A DNA stretch of 29,463 bases, taken from positions 1 through 29,463 of the forward strand of contig JAGWYX010000001.1 of assembly GCA_018969165.1 (NCBI GenBank). The letters are read 5' to 3'. Source of the stretch: Verrucomicrobiota bacterium (GTDB lineage Bacteria > Verrucomicrobiota > Verrucomicrobiia > Limisphaerales > JAGWYX01). Positions 8,880-16,483 of the stretch are shown one piece after another (position 1 is the stretch's first letter; each line of letters begins with the position of its first letter). Below the pieces are notes generated by a model, which worked only from the letters and a program-made list of their open reading frames with translations, had not been told where the DNA came from and ran no database searches. The position numbers were made by a program, and so were the translations under genes.

Positions 8880-9341
8880 GTGAGCGCGGCGCATTGGCAT
8901 TTGCTGCTGAACCACCTGCCGGTGCTGGGGCTGGCATTGGGCGTCGGCTGGTTGGCCGTAGCGGTCGGCCAGCGCAGCCGCCACTGGGAACGACTCGGCC
9001 TCGAGACGCTCGTCGTCGTGGCCATCCTCACCATCCCGACCTACCTGACCGGCAAACCGGCGGCCGCGTTCATTCAGCCCCTGGACGGCGCGGCCCAGGC
9101 CCTGATCGATCGGCACGAGGAAACCGCGCAACTGGCGTCGGCCGCCACCCTCCTGCTTGGGCTGCTGGCGCTGGCTGGCCGGCTCGGGTTCCACCGTGCC
9201 CAAGCGTTCCACCCCTGGTTCACCCTCACCGTCCTGACGCTCGGCCTCATCGCCGTCGGCCTGATGGCCTGGACCGCCAACCTGGGCGGCCAGGTCCGGC
9301 ACCCCGAAATCCGGTCAACTTCTTTTCAAGGTAAGCCTTGA
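8880..9341 (+). CDS. DUF2231-like membrane protein with conserved histidines
   Basis: H-L-L-L-N-H-L-P N-terminus, IDRHEE, LGGQVRHPEIR ending, four hydrophobic helices; GTG start with GGGGAG upstream. Confidence 0.8.
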   Translation: MSAAHWHLLLNHLPVLGLALGVGWLAVAVGQRSRHWERLGLETLVVVAILTIPTYLTGKPAAAFIQPLDGAAQALIDRHEETAQLASAATLLLGLLALAGRLGFHRAQAFHPWFTLTVLTLGLIAVGLMAWTANLGGQVRHPEIRSTSFQGKP

Positions 9342-9666
9342 GCGCGACGGCGTTATTGTGGGCCTGGTCGCGGGCCCCGAACACCAGCGTGACTGGCCCT
9401 CGCCGGGCGGCCTCGAGCAGCGGTTCCCATGCCGCCGGCCGCGCGTCCAGCTCGGCAATGTAGCGGCGCTGGAACTCGGCCCACTTGGCCGGCTGATGCC
9501 TGAACCACTGGCGCAGCGCCGCGCTCGGCGCCACGTCCTTCAACCAACCCGCCAGCGACACCGCCTCCTTCTTCAACCCGCGCGGCCACAGCCGATCGAC
9601 CAGGTAACGCGCGCCGTCGGTGGCGGCCGGCGCGGCATACACGCGTTGGGTGCGGATCCTGGTCAA
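9247..9666 (-). CDS. DUF488 family protein (YeaO-like)
   Basis: RVY, DGARYLVDRLWPRGLKKE, WLKDVAPSAALRQWF, F..RY..EL, HNNAVALKAYL; TTG start. Confidence 0.92.
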   Translation of the reverse strand: MTRIRTQRVYAAPAATDGARYLVDRLWPRGLKKEAVSLAGWLKDVAPSAALRQWFRHQPAKWAEFQRRYIAELDARPAAWEPLLEAARRGPVTLVFGARDQAHNNAVALKAYLEKKLTGFRGAGPGRPGWRSRPSGRRR

Positions 9667-9678
9667 ATGCTTCCGAAC

Positions 9679-9707
9679 AGCTTAGCGGACGAGCCCGCCC
9701 CCGTCAA
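9679..9707 (-). promoter_or_regulatory. Sigma70-type promoter of the DUF488 gene
   Basis: TTGACG-N17-TAAGCT, -10 box ending 12 nt before the TTG start. Confidence 0.65.
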
Positions 9708-9726
9708 AACCGGCCGCATGCAGGCA

Positions 9727-9829
9727 GTGTCCTGATTTCGGAGCGCGGCTCTATGAGCCGCAGCACAGCCGCTTCAAAATCAAGCCGCTGCGAGTCACAG
9801 ACTCGCGCTCCACCCGCAAATTCGGACAC
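9727..9829. mobile_element. MITE/REPIN-like 103-bp non-coding insert with terminal inverted repeats and a long flanking duplication
   Basis: Ends GTGTCC(T)GATTT and AAATTCGGACAC; internal nested palindrome GGAGCGCG...CGCAGC...GCTGCG...CGCGCTCC (9740-9811); flanks CGGCCGCATGCAGGCA (9711-9726) and CGGCCGCATGCAGCA (9830-9844). Confidence 0.65.
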
Positions 9830-9880
9830 CGGCCGCATGCAGCAGAGGCTCCTCACCCGGAGTTTGTCGGCCTCGCTCGC

Positions 9881-9968
9881 TGATAGATTCCTTGAGACCC
9901 CAAGCGCAGCAAACAGAACGGACCCAAACTTGATCTCATTGCAAAGAGTTTGAGGGTTCAAGGACTCT
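9881..9968 (+). repeat. Unrecognised ~90-nt tripartite element, copy A
   Basis: TGATAGATTCCTTGAG-N29-AAACTTGA-N19-AGGGTTCAAGGACTCT; matches the reverse complement of 13492-13581 in three blocks (14/16, 8/8, 16/16). Confidence 0.75.
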
Positions 9969-9986
9969 AGCGGGTTGTTGCCGGGC

Positions 9987-10015
9987 TTGTTTTGCGCCGG
10001 CGGATTGCCTATACC
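9987..10015 (+). promoter_or_regulatory. Candidate sigma70-type promoter of the Gfo/Idh/MocA gene
   Basis: TTGTTT-N17-TATACC about 63 nt upstream of ATG 10079. Confidence 0.35.
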
Positions 10016-10078
10016 TCCCGGTCGAGACGCCGGCGCGTGAGGCGCGCCTTGACCGCAGCCAAAATCCCAGGTGCGAAC

Positions 10079-11167
10079 ATGGACCTGAATATTCATCCAC
10101 CACTGCCCCAACGCCGGGATTTCCGCATCGGCATTCTCGGCACCGGCTTCATCGTCAACGACTGCCACCTCGTGGCCTACCGCAAGGCCGGGTTCAACCC
10201 GGTGGCCATCGCTTCCCGGACGCGCGCCCGGGCCGAAGGCGTCGCTCGGCGGCACGGCATCGCCAAGGTTTACGATACGGGTGAGCAACTGCTCGACGAC
10301 CCGACCATCGAAGTGCTCGACATCGCGGTCCCGCCGGACGCGCAGATGGGGTTGATTCGAGCGGCATGCCGGCGCCGGACCGTCCAGGGGATCCTGGCCC
10401 AGAAGCCGCTGGGGACGAGTTACGCCGAGGCCCGCGAGGTGGTGCGCGAGTGCGCCGCGGCGGGGATCACGCTGGCCGTCAACCAGAACATGCGCTACGA
10501 CCAGTCGGTGCGCGCCGGCAAGACCTTGCTCGAGCGCGGCACGCTGGGCGATCCGGTCCTGGCCACCATCGACATGCGCGGGATTCCGCATTGGATGCCG
10601 TGGCAAGCCGGCCTGGGCTGGGTCACGCTACGGATCATGTCGATCCATCACCTGGATTGTTTCCGCTACTGGTTCGGCAATCCGGAGCGAATTTACTGCA
10701 GCGTCCGGCCCGACCCGCGCACCCCGTTCCCGCACACCGACGGCATCGCCAGCTACATCCTGGAATACGCGAACGGGCTGCGCTGCATCGCCATCGACGA
10801 CACTTGGACTGGCCCGGCCAAGGAGGGATGCCCGGCCGACCTTTACATTCGATGGCGGGTCGAGGGCTTGAACGGCTTGGCCATCGGCGAGATTGGTTGG
10901 TGTCAGGATCCCTACACGACGCCCTCGACGCTGCGCTATGCGGCAAAAGGCGACCCCGCGTTCCACCAGCCGCGCTGGAGCGAGAGTTGGTTTCCCGATG
11001 CCTTCATCGGCACCATGGCGCAGTTGCTGATCGCGCTCGAATCCGGCGCGCAACCGGCCATCAGCGGCCGCGACAACCTCCACACGATGGCGCTGGTCGA
11101 GGCGGCCTACCGGAGCGCCGCCCAGTCCCGGTCCGTGGCCTTGGAGGAAATCGAAACGGCGCCCTGA
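10079..11167 (+). CDS. Gfo/Idh/MocA family NAD(P)-dependent oxidoreductase
   Basis: RIGILGTGFI Rossmann motif, LAQKPL (EKP-like), VNQNMRY, MSIHHLDCFRYWFG, ISGRDNLHTMALVEAAYRS; ATG 10079 preferred over the Arg-rich ORF-track extension. Confidence 0.93.
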   Translation: MDLNIHPPLPQRRDFRIGILGTGFIVNDCHLVAYRKAGFNPVAIASRTRARAEGVARRHGIAKVYDTGEQLLDDPTIEVLDIAVPPDAQMGLIRAACRRRTVQGILAQKPLGTSYAEAREVVRECAAAGITLAVNQNMRYDQSVRAGKTLLERGTLGDPVLATIDMRGIPHWMPWQAGLGWVTLRIMSIHHLDCFRYWFGNPERIYCSVRPDPRTPFPHTDGIASYILEYANGLRCIAIDDTWTGPAKEGCPADLYIRWRVEGLNGLAIGEIGWCQDPYTTPSTLRYAAKGDPAFHQPRWSESWFPDAFIGTMAQLLIALESGAQPAISGRDNLHTMALVEAAYRSAAQSRSVALEEIETAP

Positions 11168-11198
11168 CCGCTGGCGTGGGCCAGGCCCCAGGACTCGA

Positions 11199-11954
11199 TC
11201 ATCTTCGATTCCACACACTGGCCTCGGCGACGCTCCACTGGAACTTGCGCGCATGCTCGCGGATCAGGAACGGCAGGTCGCGGCAGGCGGCGAGCTGAAA
11301 ATTCGGCGCGAGGATTTCTTTAAGCGTGTCGAGGGTCTTGACCCGCCGCCCGTCACGCTCGAAGCCGCCGAGCCAGTGTTCGCGCGGTGTGTATTGCGGC
11401 AGCCACGTGTACGGCGAGGTAAGGATCAATTGTCCGCCAGGCGCCACGAGGGCCGGCACGCGCGCCAGAAACCGTCGCGGGTCCTCGAGGCGGTCGATCA
11501 AGTTGGCAGCCAGAACCACGTCGAAGGCGCCCAGATCGCCGCGCAGATTCAGCGCGTCGCCATGCTCGAATGCGACCCGGCGCCGATCGATCGTCACCGG
11601 CACGCGCGCCGTCGCTTCGAGGGTCAGGTCGCCTTCGTCGGCATACGCGAAATCCAGGGTGCCGACGCGTCGCAGGCGCTGGGCGGCGTCGATCAAGCGC
11701 GCCGACCAGTCGATGCCCACGACTCGAGCGCAATGCCGCGCCAACTCGAACGTCGCGCGGCCCACGGCGCAACCCAGGTCCAGGGCGCGCGCGCCGGGCC
11801 GGAGGCGATCGCGCTCCAGGCACTCGGAAACGCAGCGCGCCGGGAACTCGAGGGCCGCGCGCGGGCCGGGATCGAACGGCAGCACCGCTTCCGGTGTGCC
11901 GTAGTGGAACAGCAAATACTCGGCGAGGGCGCGATCGGTTTCGTAGTAATTCAT
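11199..11954 (-). CDS. SAM-dependent methyltransferase resembling the OvoA C-terminal (4-mercaptohistidine N1-methyltransferase) domain, stand-alone
   Basis: YETD..L.EYLLFHYG, ALDLGCAVGR.TFELAR, GIDWS, EGDL, GDALNL, LAANLIDRL.DP..FL, SPYTW, WLGGF, LPFLIREHARKFQ all follow the OvoA C-terminal pattern as I recall it; 251 aa from ATG 11954. Confidence 0.85.
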   Translation of the reverse strand: MNYYETDRALAEYLLFHYGTPEAVLPFDPGPRAALEFPARCVSECLERDRLRPGARALDLGCAVGRATFELARHCARVVGIDWSARLIDAAQRLRRVGTLDFAYADEGDLTLEATARVPVTIDRRRVAFEHGDALNLRGDLGAFDVVLAANLIDRLEDPRRFLARVPALVAPGGQLILTSPYTWLPQYTPREHWLGGFERDGRRVKTLDTLKEILAPNFQLAACRDLPFLIREHARKFQWSVAEASVWNRR

Positions 11955-11986
11955 CCCCTTGGCGCAGGCAATGCCCAAGCCCAGCC

Positions 11987-13129
11987 TCACTCCGCCAGGA
12001 CCTGGCGCCAATAGGCGGCGGGCCGGTACTGCTCGAGCACGACCGTGGTCTTGCCCGCGCGAAACATCCGCACCCGGGGCACCTGGATTTCGGGCGTCTT
12101 GGTGCTTGAAAACAAGATGTCGTCGTGGGTGGCGTTCCGCCGATCGGCAAACCGGTCCGGCGTCAACTTGCCGCCGAGATGGTCACTTCGTCCGGTGGCC
12201 ACATGCAGCGTGCCGAGGATTTTTTCATCCTGGATGTCGCGCCCCGCGGCCGGCAATTCCTGCGTGCCAAAACCCAACTCGCCCAACTCGCCTGTGACCG
12301 GGTCGCTCGCCAGCTTTTGGTTGTGTGCGTCGATGACGCCCTGCTGACCACGCAGCAACGTGGCCTTCCGAATCCGGCCCCCAACCACCTCCATCAAACC
12401 GATCGTCCCATCCTCGTACCGCAGCGGAAAATGGCCGTCGGCGCCTTCGGGCACGAAATAGACCTCGCCGGCCGGGAGGTTGGCCACGTCCGGTTTCTCG
12501 CCGCGGCAAAGGCCGTGGCTCTTTTGCGCCTCCTGTCCTCCGCAGAGCAGTCTGAGCGTGCACCGGTGTTCGCCAATGACGTAATCGATCTCGAAGGCAT
12601 CGGCGCGCGTGAGACTGAGCCGGAGTTTCTCCGCCTGCCGGCTGACCGCGTTGTAATCGACCGCCAGGCCGGTCCGCAAAATGGTCTCGTTCAACCCGTG
12701 CAACGTCGCGCCGCGGAATCCGAACCGCTTGGCGAAGGCGGTCAGGGGCGCCGTCGCCGAGAAGGTCGAGATGCAAAGCAGGATGTCGTAACGCGGATAG
12801 AGGTCGCGCTCGAAACTCCGCTCGCCACCGGTGGGCTCGACGGCGCGGTCCGGCAGGTCGAGATTGCTGCCCCCGGTGACCTCGTAGGCGAAGAGATCAC
12901 CTCCGACGAGCTGCAATTCGGCTAATCCGCCGTTCTTCAGGCCCTGGTAAAAGACGTCATGGGCCAGGCGCTGGATGGTCAGGGCCGGGTCCTTGCGAAA
13001 GGCGAAGTCCTTCACCTGCGCGGGGTCGGGGAGGTCGATTAAAATGGCGATGCGCTCGCCCGGTTTCGGCGCGAAGACCGTCGTGAGCAGGCGCGTCAGA
13101 CTGAAGGGAGGGTATTGTTTGGAGTCCAT
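11987..13129 (-). CDS. Metallo-aminopeptidase, M29 (AmpS/AmpT-like) family
   Basis: NLPAGEVY, GELGELGFG, DEKILGTLHVATG, HDDI motifs. ATG 13129 chosen because a promoter sits at 13164-13192; ATG 13210 is an alternative. Confidence 0.82.
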   Translation of the reverse strand: MDSKQYPPFSLTRLLTTVFAPKPGERIAILIDLPDPAQVKDFAFRKDPALTIQRLAHDVFYQGLKNGGLAELQLVGGDLFAYEVTGGSNLDLPDRAVEPTGGERSFERDLYPRYDILLCISTFSATAPLTAFAKRFGFRGATLHGLNETILRTGLAVDYNAVSRQAEKLRLSLTRADAFEIDYVIGEHRCTLRLLCGGQEAQKSHGLCRGEKPDVANLPAGEVYFVPEGADGHFPLRYEDGTIGLMEVVGGRIRKATLLRGQQGVIDAHNQKLASDPVTGELGELGFGTQELPAAGRDIQDEKILGTLHVATGRSDHLGGKLTPDRFADRRNATHDDILFSSTKTPEIQVPRVRMFRAGKTTVVLEQYRPAAYWRQVLAE

Positions 13130-13163
13130 GACCAGTCGAGTTTGGTTGCCACTAAGTTCTACC

Positions 13164-13192
13164 AGTTTAGCCAAGCGCGCCTCCAACCTCAA
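13164..13192 (-). promoter_or_regulatory. Sigma70-type promoter of the aminopeptidase-methyltransferase pair
   Basis: TTGAGG-N17-TAAACT, -10 box ending 34 nt before ATG 13129. Confidence 0.55.
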
Positions 13193-13491
13193 GTCACCTT
13201 TGCCATCCATCTCCGATTGTTCTTCTCGTTCCCTCGACGCGCCTGGCCCCGGGAATGGCGCGGCAAGCGCGCGCCCGCCGCCCATTGCCGCCCCGACCTG
13301 GCCGTTCGGCGATGCGCAGGAAAAATGAATAAACACCCGATGTCCTTGCGTCCGACAAACGTGCCCTCGGCCGCGCCACAACCGGGAAATCCTACGCCGT
13401 CACAGGGGCTTCCTCGTCCGGGCCATGATGCGTCTGTCGAGGTGCGGCGTGGATCGCCCGCCCCCGCTCGAGCCGCTTGGTCGGGATTTCC

Positions 13492-13581
13492 AGAGTCCTT
13501 GAACCCTGGAACTTGCCCTAATCAAGTCAAGTTTTGGCGTCGCTTTCCCGGTCTGTGTCTATCGCCTCAAGGACTCGATCA
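13492..13581 (-). repeat. Unrecognised ~90-nt tripartite element, copy B (inverted relative to copy A)
   Basis: Minus strand TGATCGAGTCCTTGAG-N31-AAACTTGA-N19-AGGGTTCAAGGACTCT; perfect 10-bp terminal inverted repeat GAGTCCTTGA (13493-13502) / TCAAGGACTC (13567-13576). Confidence 0.75.
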
Positions 13582-13626
13582 GCGAGGCGCGCAGCGAAGA
13601 CTGACGTTGGATTAGCAGAATCCAAG

Positions 13627-16476
13627 ATGCACGAAACGCTGACATGGGGTCTGAGGCGCGCCTCGCTAGCCTTGCTCGTGGTCAGCGCCGCGAGCGCGTC
13701 GGCCGAACCGCCGACCGCGGGCGTGATCCTGGGGCCGCCTGCCTCCGAGGTTACCGGCTACGACCCCGGCGAACGCTTGTTGGGCGAACTCAATTGCGTC
13801 GGGTGCCACCACGCGGAGGACGCGGTCGAGCGCCGATTGTTTTCCAAGCCAGGACCGTTGCTGGGTGATGCCGGCGGCCGTCTGACGCCCCAATACCTGC
13901 GCGCCTTCCTGACCGATCCCCAGCGCGAGGCGCCCGGCACGACAATGCCGGACCTGCTCCACGACCTGGACCCCAACGACCAAGCCGCGGCGGTCGATAC
14001 CCTGGTCCATTTCCTGGTGTCGCTCGGTCGGGACCAGGCGCCGGTGGCGGTTTCCGCGGATGCGTTCCGGATTCGCCAGGGCCGGTGGTTATACCACCAG
14101 GTTGGCTGCGTGGCCTGTCACGGGCCCCAGGAACCGCTCACCAGTCTCCACGCCAATCCCGGGGCTGGTCCCAGGAGCGTCGGCACTCCCGCTGACCTTC
14201 AGGTCCTGCAAGCCGCCTCCGTGCCGTTGAGCCACCTCGCCGCCAAAACGACCGTCACCGCGCTCGCCAAGTTTTTACTCGATCCGCTCCAGGTCCGGCC
14301 TTCAGGCCGGATGCCGGCGTTGAACCTGACGGCCGGCGAGGCCCTCGATATCGCCATGTACCTGTTGCGGGATCAAGTCAGCGCGGCCAATGCGGCCAAT
14401 CCACCCCGCAACGTCCGCGGCCTGAGTTACCAGTATTTCGAGCATGCGTTCGCCGGGGACGCGCCCGATTTCGACCAATTGACCCCGAAGTTCACCGGGG
14501 AGGTGGAAACCTTCACCCTCGCGCCACGGAAACGCGACGAACACATCGGCTTCCGCTTCACCGGCACGCTGACGGTCCCCAGCGATGGGCGCTACACCTT
14601 CTTTACCGAATCCGACGATGGTTCGCGGCTGTATCTCGCCGACAAGCTGGTGGTGCAAAACGACGGCCATCATGCCAGCACCGAGAAACGCGGCACCCTG
14701 GAATTGAAGGCCGGCGATTACCCGATTGTCGTGACTTACTTCAACCAGGACGGCCCCTACGACCTGCGGGTCTTCTGGCGCGGACCCGGCATCCAGAAAC
14801 AGGAAATCCCGGCCTCGGCGTTGTCGCATCTCGGCCAGGCGATGATCCCGCTGGGCGAGGAAAAGTTCACCGTGGACCCCGGCAAGGCGCAACGCGGCCG
14901 CGAGTTGTTCGCGTCGCTGGGTTGCGCGGCCTGTCACCCATTGGGCGGCGAACGACCGGCCGTGGAGTCCCGGCTTGTCGCAACCCCTTTCGCCAATTTG
15001 AACACCGACGCTCCGGACAGTTGCCTCGCCGAGCATGCGCGGAATGGCGCGGCCCAGTATTCGCTCACCGCCGCGCAGCGCGCGGCGATCCGCGCGTCGC
15101 TGGCGAACCGCGCGCGGTTGGCGCAACGGCCCGACGCCAAGGCGCTCGTCACGCGGATGATGGCCACCTTGAATTGCTTTGCCTGCCACGCCCGGGATGG
15201 CGTCGGCGGCCCTGAGCCCGGCCGGTCTGATTACTTCACCACCGTCGGCAATGTGGACCTGGGCGATGAAGGCCGCCTTCCACCGCACCTGACCGGGGTC
15301 GGGGCCAAGCTGCGGTCGGATTGGTTCCGTCAGGTCCTGTTAAACCAGGCCTCGGTCCGGCCGTACATGGCCACGCGCATGCCGCAGTACGGCGAGGCCA
15401 ACGTCGGTTTCCTGGTCGCTGCCTTCGCGGCGGCCGATGGACCGGTGCCATCGGACTCGAAGACGGACGAAGCCGATGCCAAATGGGGGCGCAAGCTGGT
15501 GGGCACCGAAGGCCTGTCTTGCATTCAATGCCACGTATTCGCCGGCCACAAGTCGCTGGGTGTCCCCGCCATCGATCTGACCTGGATGCCGCGCCGCCTG
15601 CTCCAGGACTGGTTCCGTCGCTACCTGCTCGATCCTCAGTCGCTCCGACCCGGCACGCGGATGCCGACCTTTTGGCCCGACGGCAAGAGCGCGCGCCGCG
15701 ACATTCTCGGCGGCGACACCGAGCGCCAGATCAACGCGATTTGGGCCTACCTGTCGCTCAGCCCGCAAGCGGGGTTGCCGCCGGGCCTGATCCACGGGCG
15801 AATGGAACTGGTGGCGAGCAACGAGGCGGTCATTTACCGCAACTTCATCGCCGGGGTCAGCCCGCGTGGGATCGGCGTCGGCTACCCGGAGAAGGCCAAC
15901 CTCGCGTTCGACGCCGACCAACTGCGGCTCTCCCTGATCTGGCAAGGGCCGTTCATCGACGCGGCACGGCACCGCACCGGGCGGGGCGAAGGGTTCGAAC
16001 CGCCGCTGGGCTACAACGTCGTCCCCCTGCCGCCCGGCGCGCCCTTCGCCGTCCTCGAGAGCGAAGCAACCCCTTGGCCCGAGGCCGTCGGCAAGGCGGC
16101 CGGTTACCAGATGCGCGGCTACCAGCTCGAACTCGAGGGGGAACGGCGGCCGACGTTCCGTTACACGTTCGGCAGAATCCGGATCCAAGACTTCCCCGAG
16201 GCGGTGCCGGGCGAACTGGACGCGGCGTTGCGTCGCACGCTGACGTTTCAGGCCGATCCGCCGCCGGACCACCTCTGGTTCCGCGCCTGGGCCGGGTCGA
16301 GCGTGGACGCGAAACCGGACGGCAGCTATCTCGCCGACGGAAAGGTCAAGCTGCGGTTTGACCTGGCGGGCGGACCGCCGCCGCGCATTCGCCGGGAACA
16401 CGGCCGGACCGAGTTGCTGGTGCCGGTGACCTTCAGCGGCAACGCGGCGAGGATCGTCGAGAACATCGTCTGGTGA
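13627..16476 (+). CDS. Exported multi-domain c-type cytochrome (5 CxxCH) with internal PA14 domain
   Basis: CVGCH, CVACH, CAACH, CFACH, CIQCH; MP-type distal ligand motifs (PGTTMPDL, PSGRMPAL, ATRMPQY, PGTRMPTF); PA14 motifs FRFTGTLTVPSDGRYTFFTESDDGSRL and NDGHH; signal-peptide-like N-terminus after ATG 13627. Confidence 0.9.
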   Translation: MHETLTWGLRRASLALLVVSAASASAEPPTAGVILGPPASEVTGYDPGERLLGELNCVGCHHAEDAVERRLFSKPGPLLGDAGGRLTPQYLRAFLTDPQREAPGTTMPDLLHDLDPNDQAAAVDTLVHFLVSLGRDQAPVAVSADAFRIRQGRWLYHQVGCVACHGPQEPLTSLHANPGAGPRSVGTPADLQVLQAASVPLSHLAAKTTVTALAKFLLDPLQVRPSGRMPALNLTAGEALDIAMYLLRDQVSAANAANPPRNVRGLSYQYFEHAFAGDAPDFDQLTPKFTGEVETFTLAPRKRDEHIGFRFTGTLTVPSDGRYTFFTESDDGSRLYLADKLVVQNDGHHASTEKRGTLELKAGDYPIVVTYFNQDGPYDLRVFWRGPGIQKQEIPASALSHLGQAMIPLGEEKFTVDPGKAQRGRELFASLGCAACHPLGGERPAVESRLVATPFANLNTDAPDSCLAEHARNGAAQYSLTAAQRAAIRASLANRARLAQRPDAKALVTRMMATLNCFACHARDGVGGPEPGRSDYFTTVGNVDLGDEGRLPPHLTGVGAKLRSDWFRQVLLNQASVRPYMATRMPQYGEANVGFLVAAFAAADGPVPSDSKTDEADAKWGRKLVGTEGLSCIQCHVFAGHKSLGVPAIDLTWMPRRLLQDWFRRYLLDPQSLRPGTRMPTFWPDGKSARRDILGGDTERQINAIWAYLSLSPQAGLPPGLIHGRMELVASNEAVIYRNFIAGVSPRGIGVGYPEKANLAFDADQLRLSLIWQGPFIDAARHRTGRGEGFEPPLGYNVVPLPPGAPFAVLESEATPWPEAVGKAAGYQMRGYQLELEGERRPTFRYTFGRIRIQDFPEAVPGELDAALRRTLTFQADPPPDHLWFRAWAGSSVDAKPDGSYLADGKVKLRFDLAGGPPPRIRREHGRTELLVPVTFSGNAARIVENIVW

Positions 16477-16483
16477 GGCGGAG

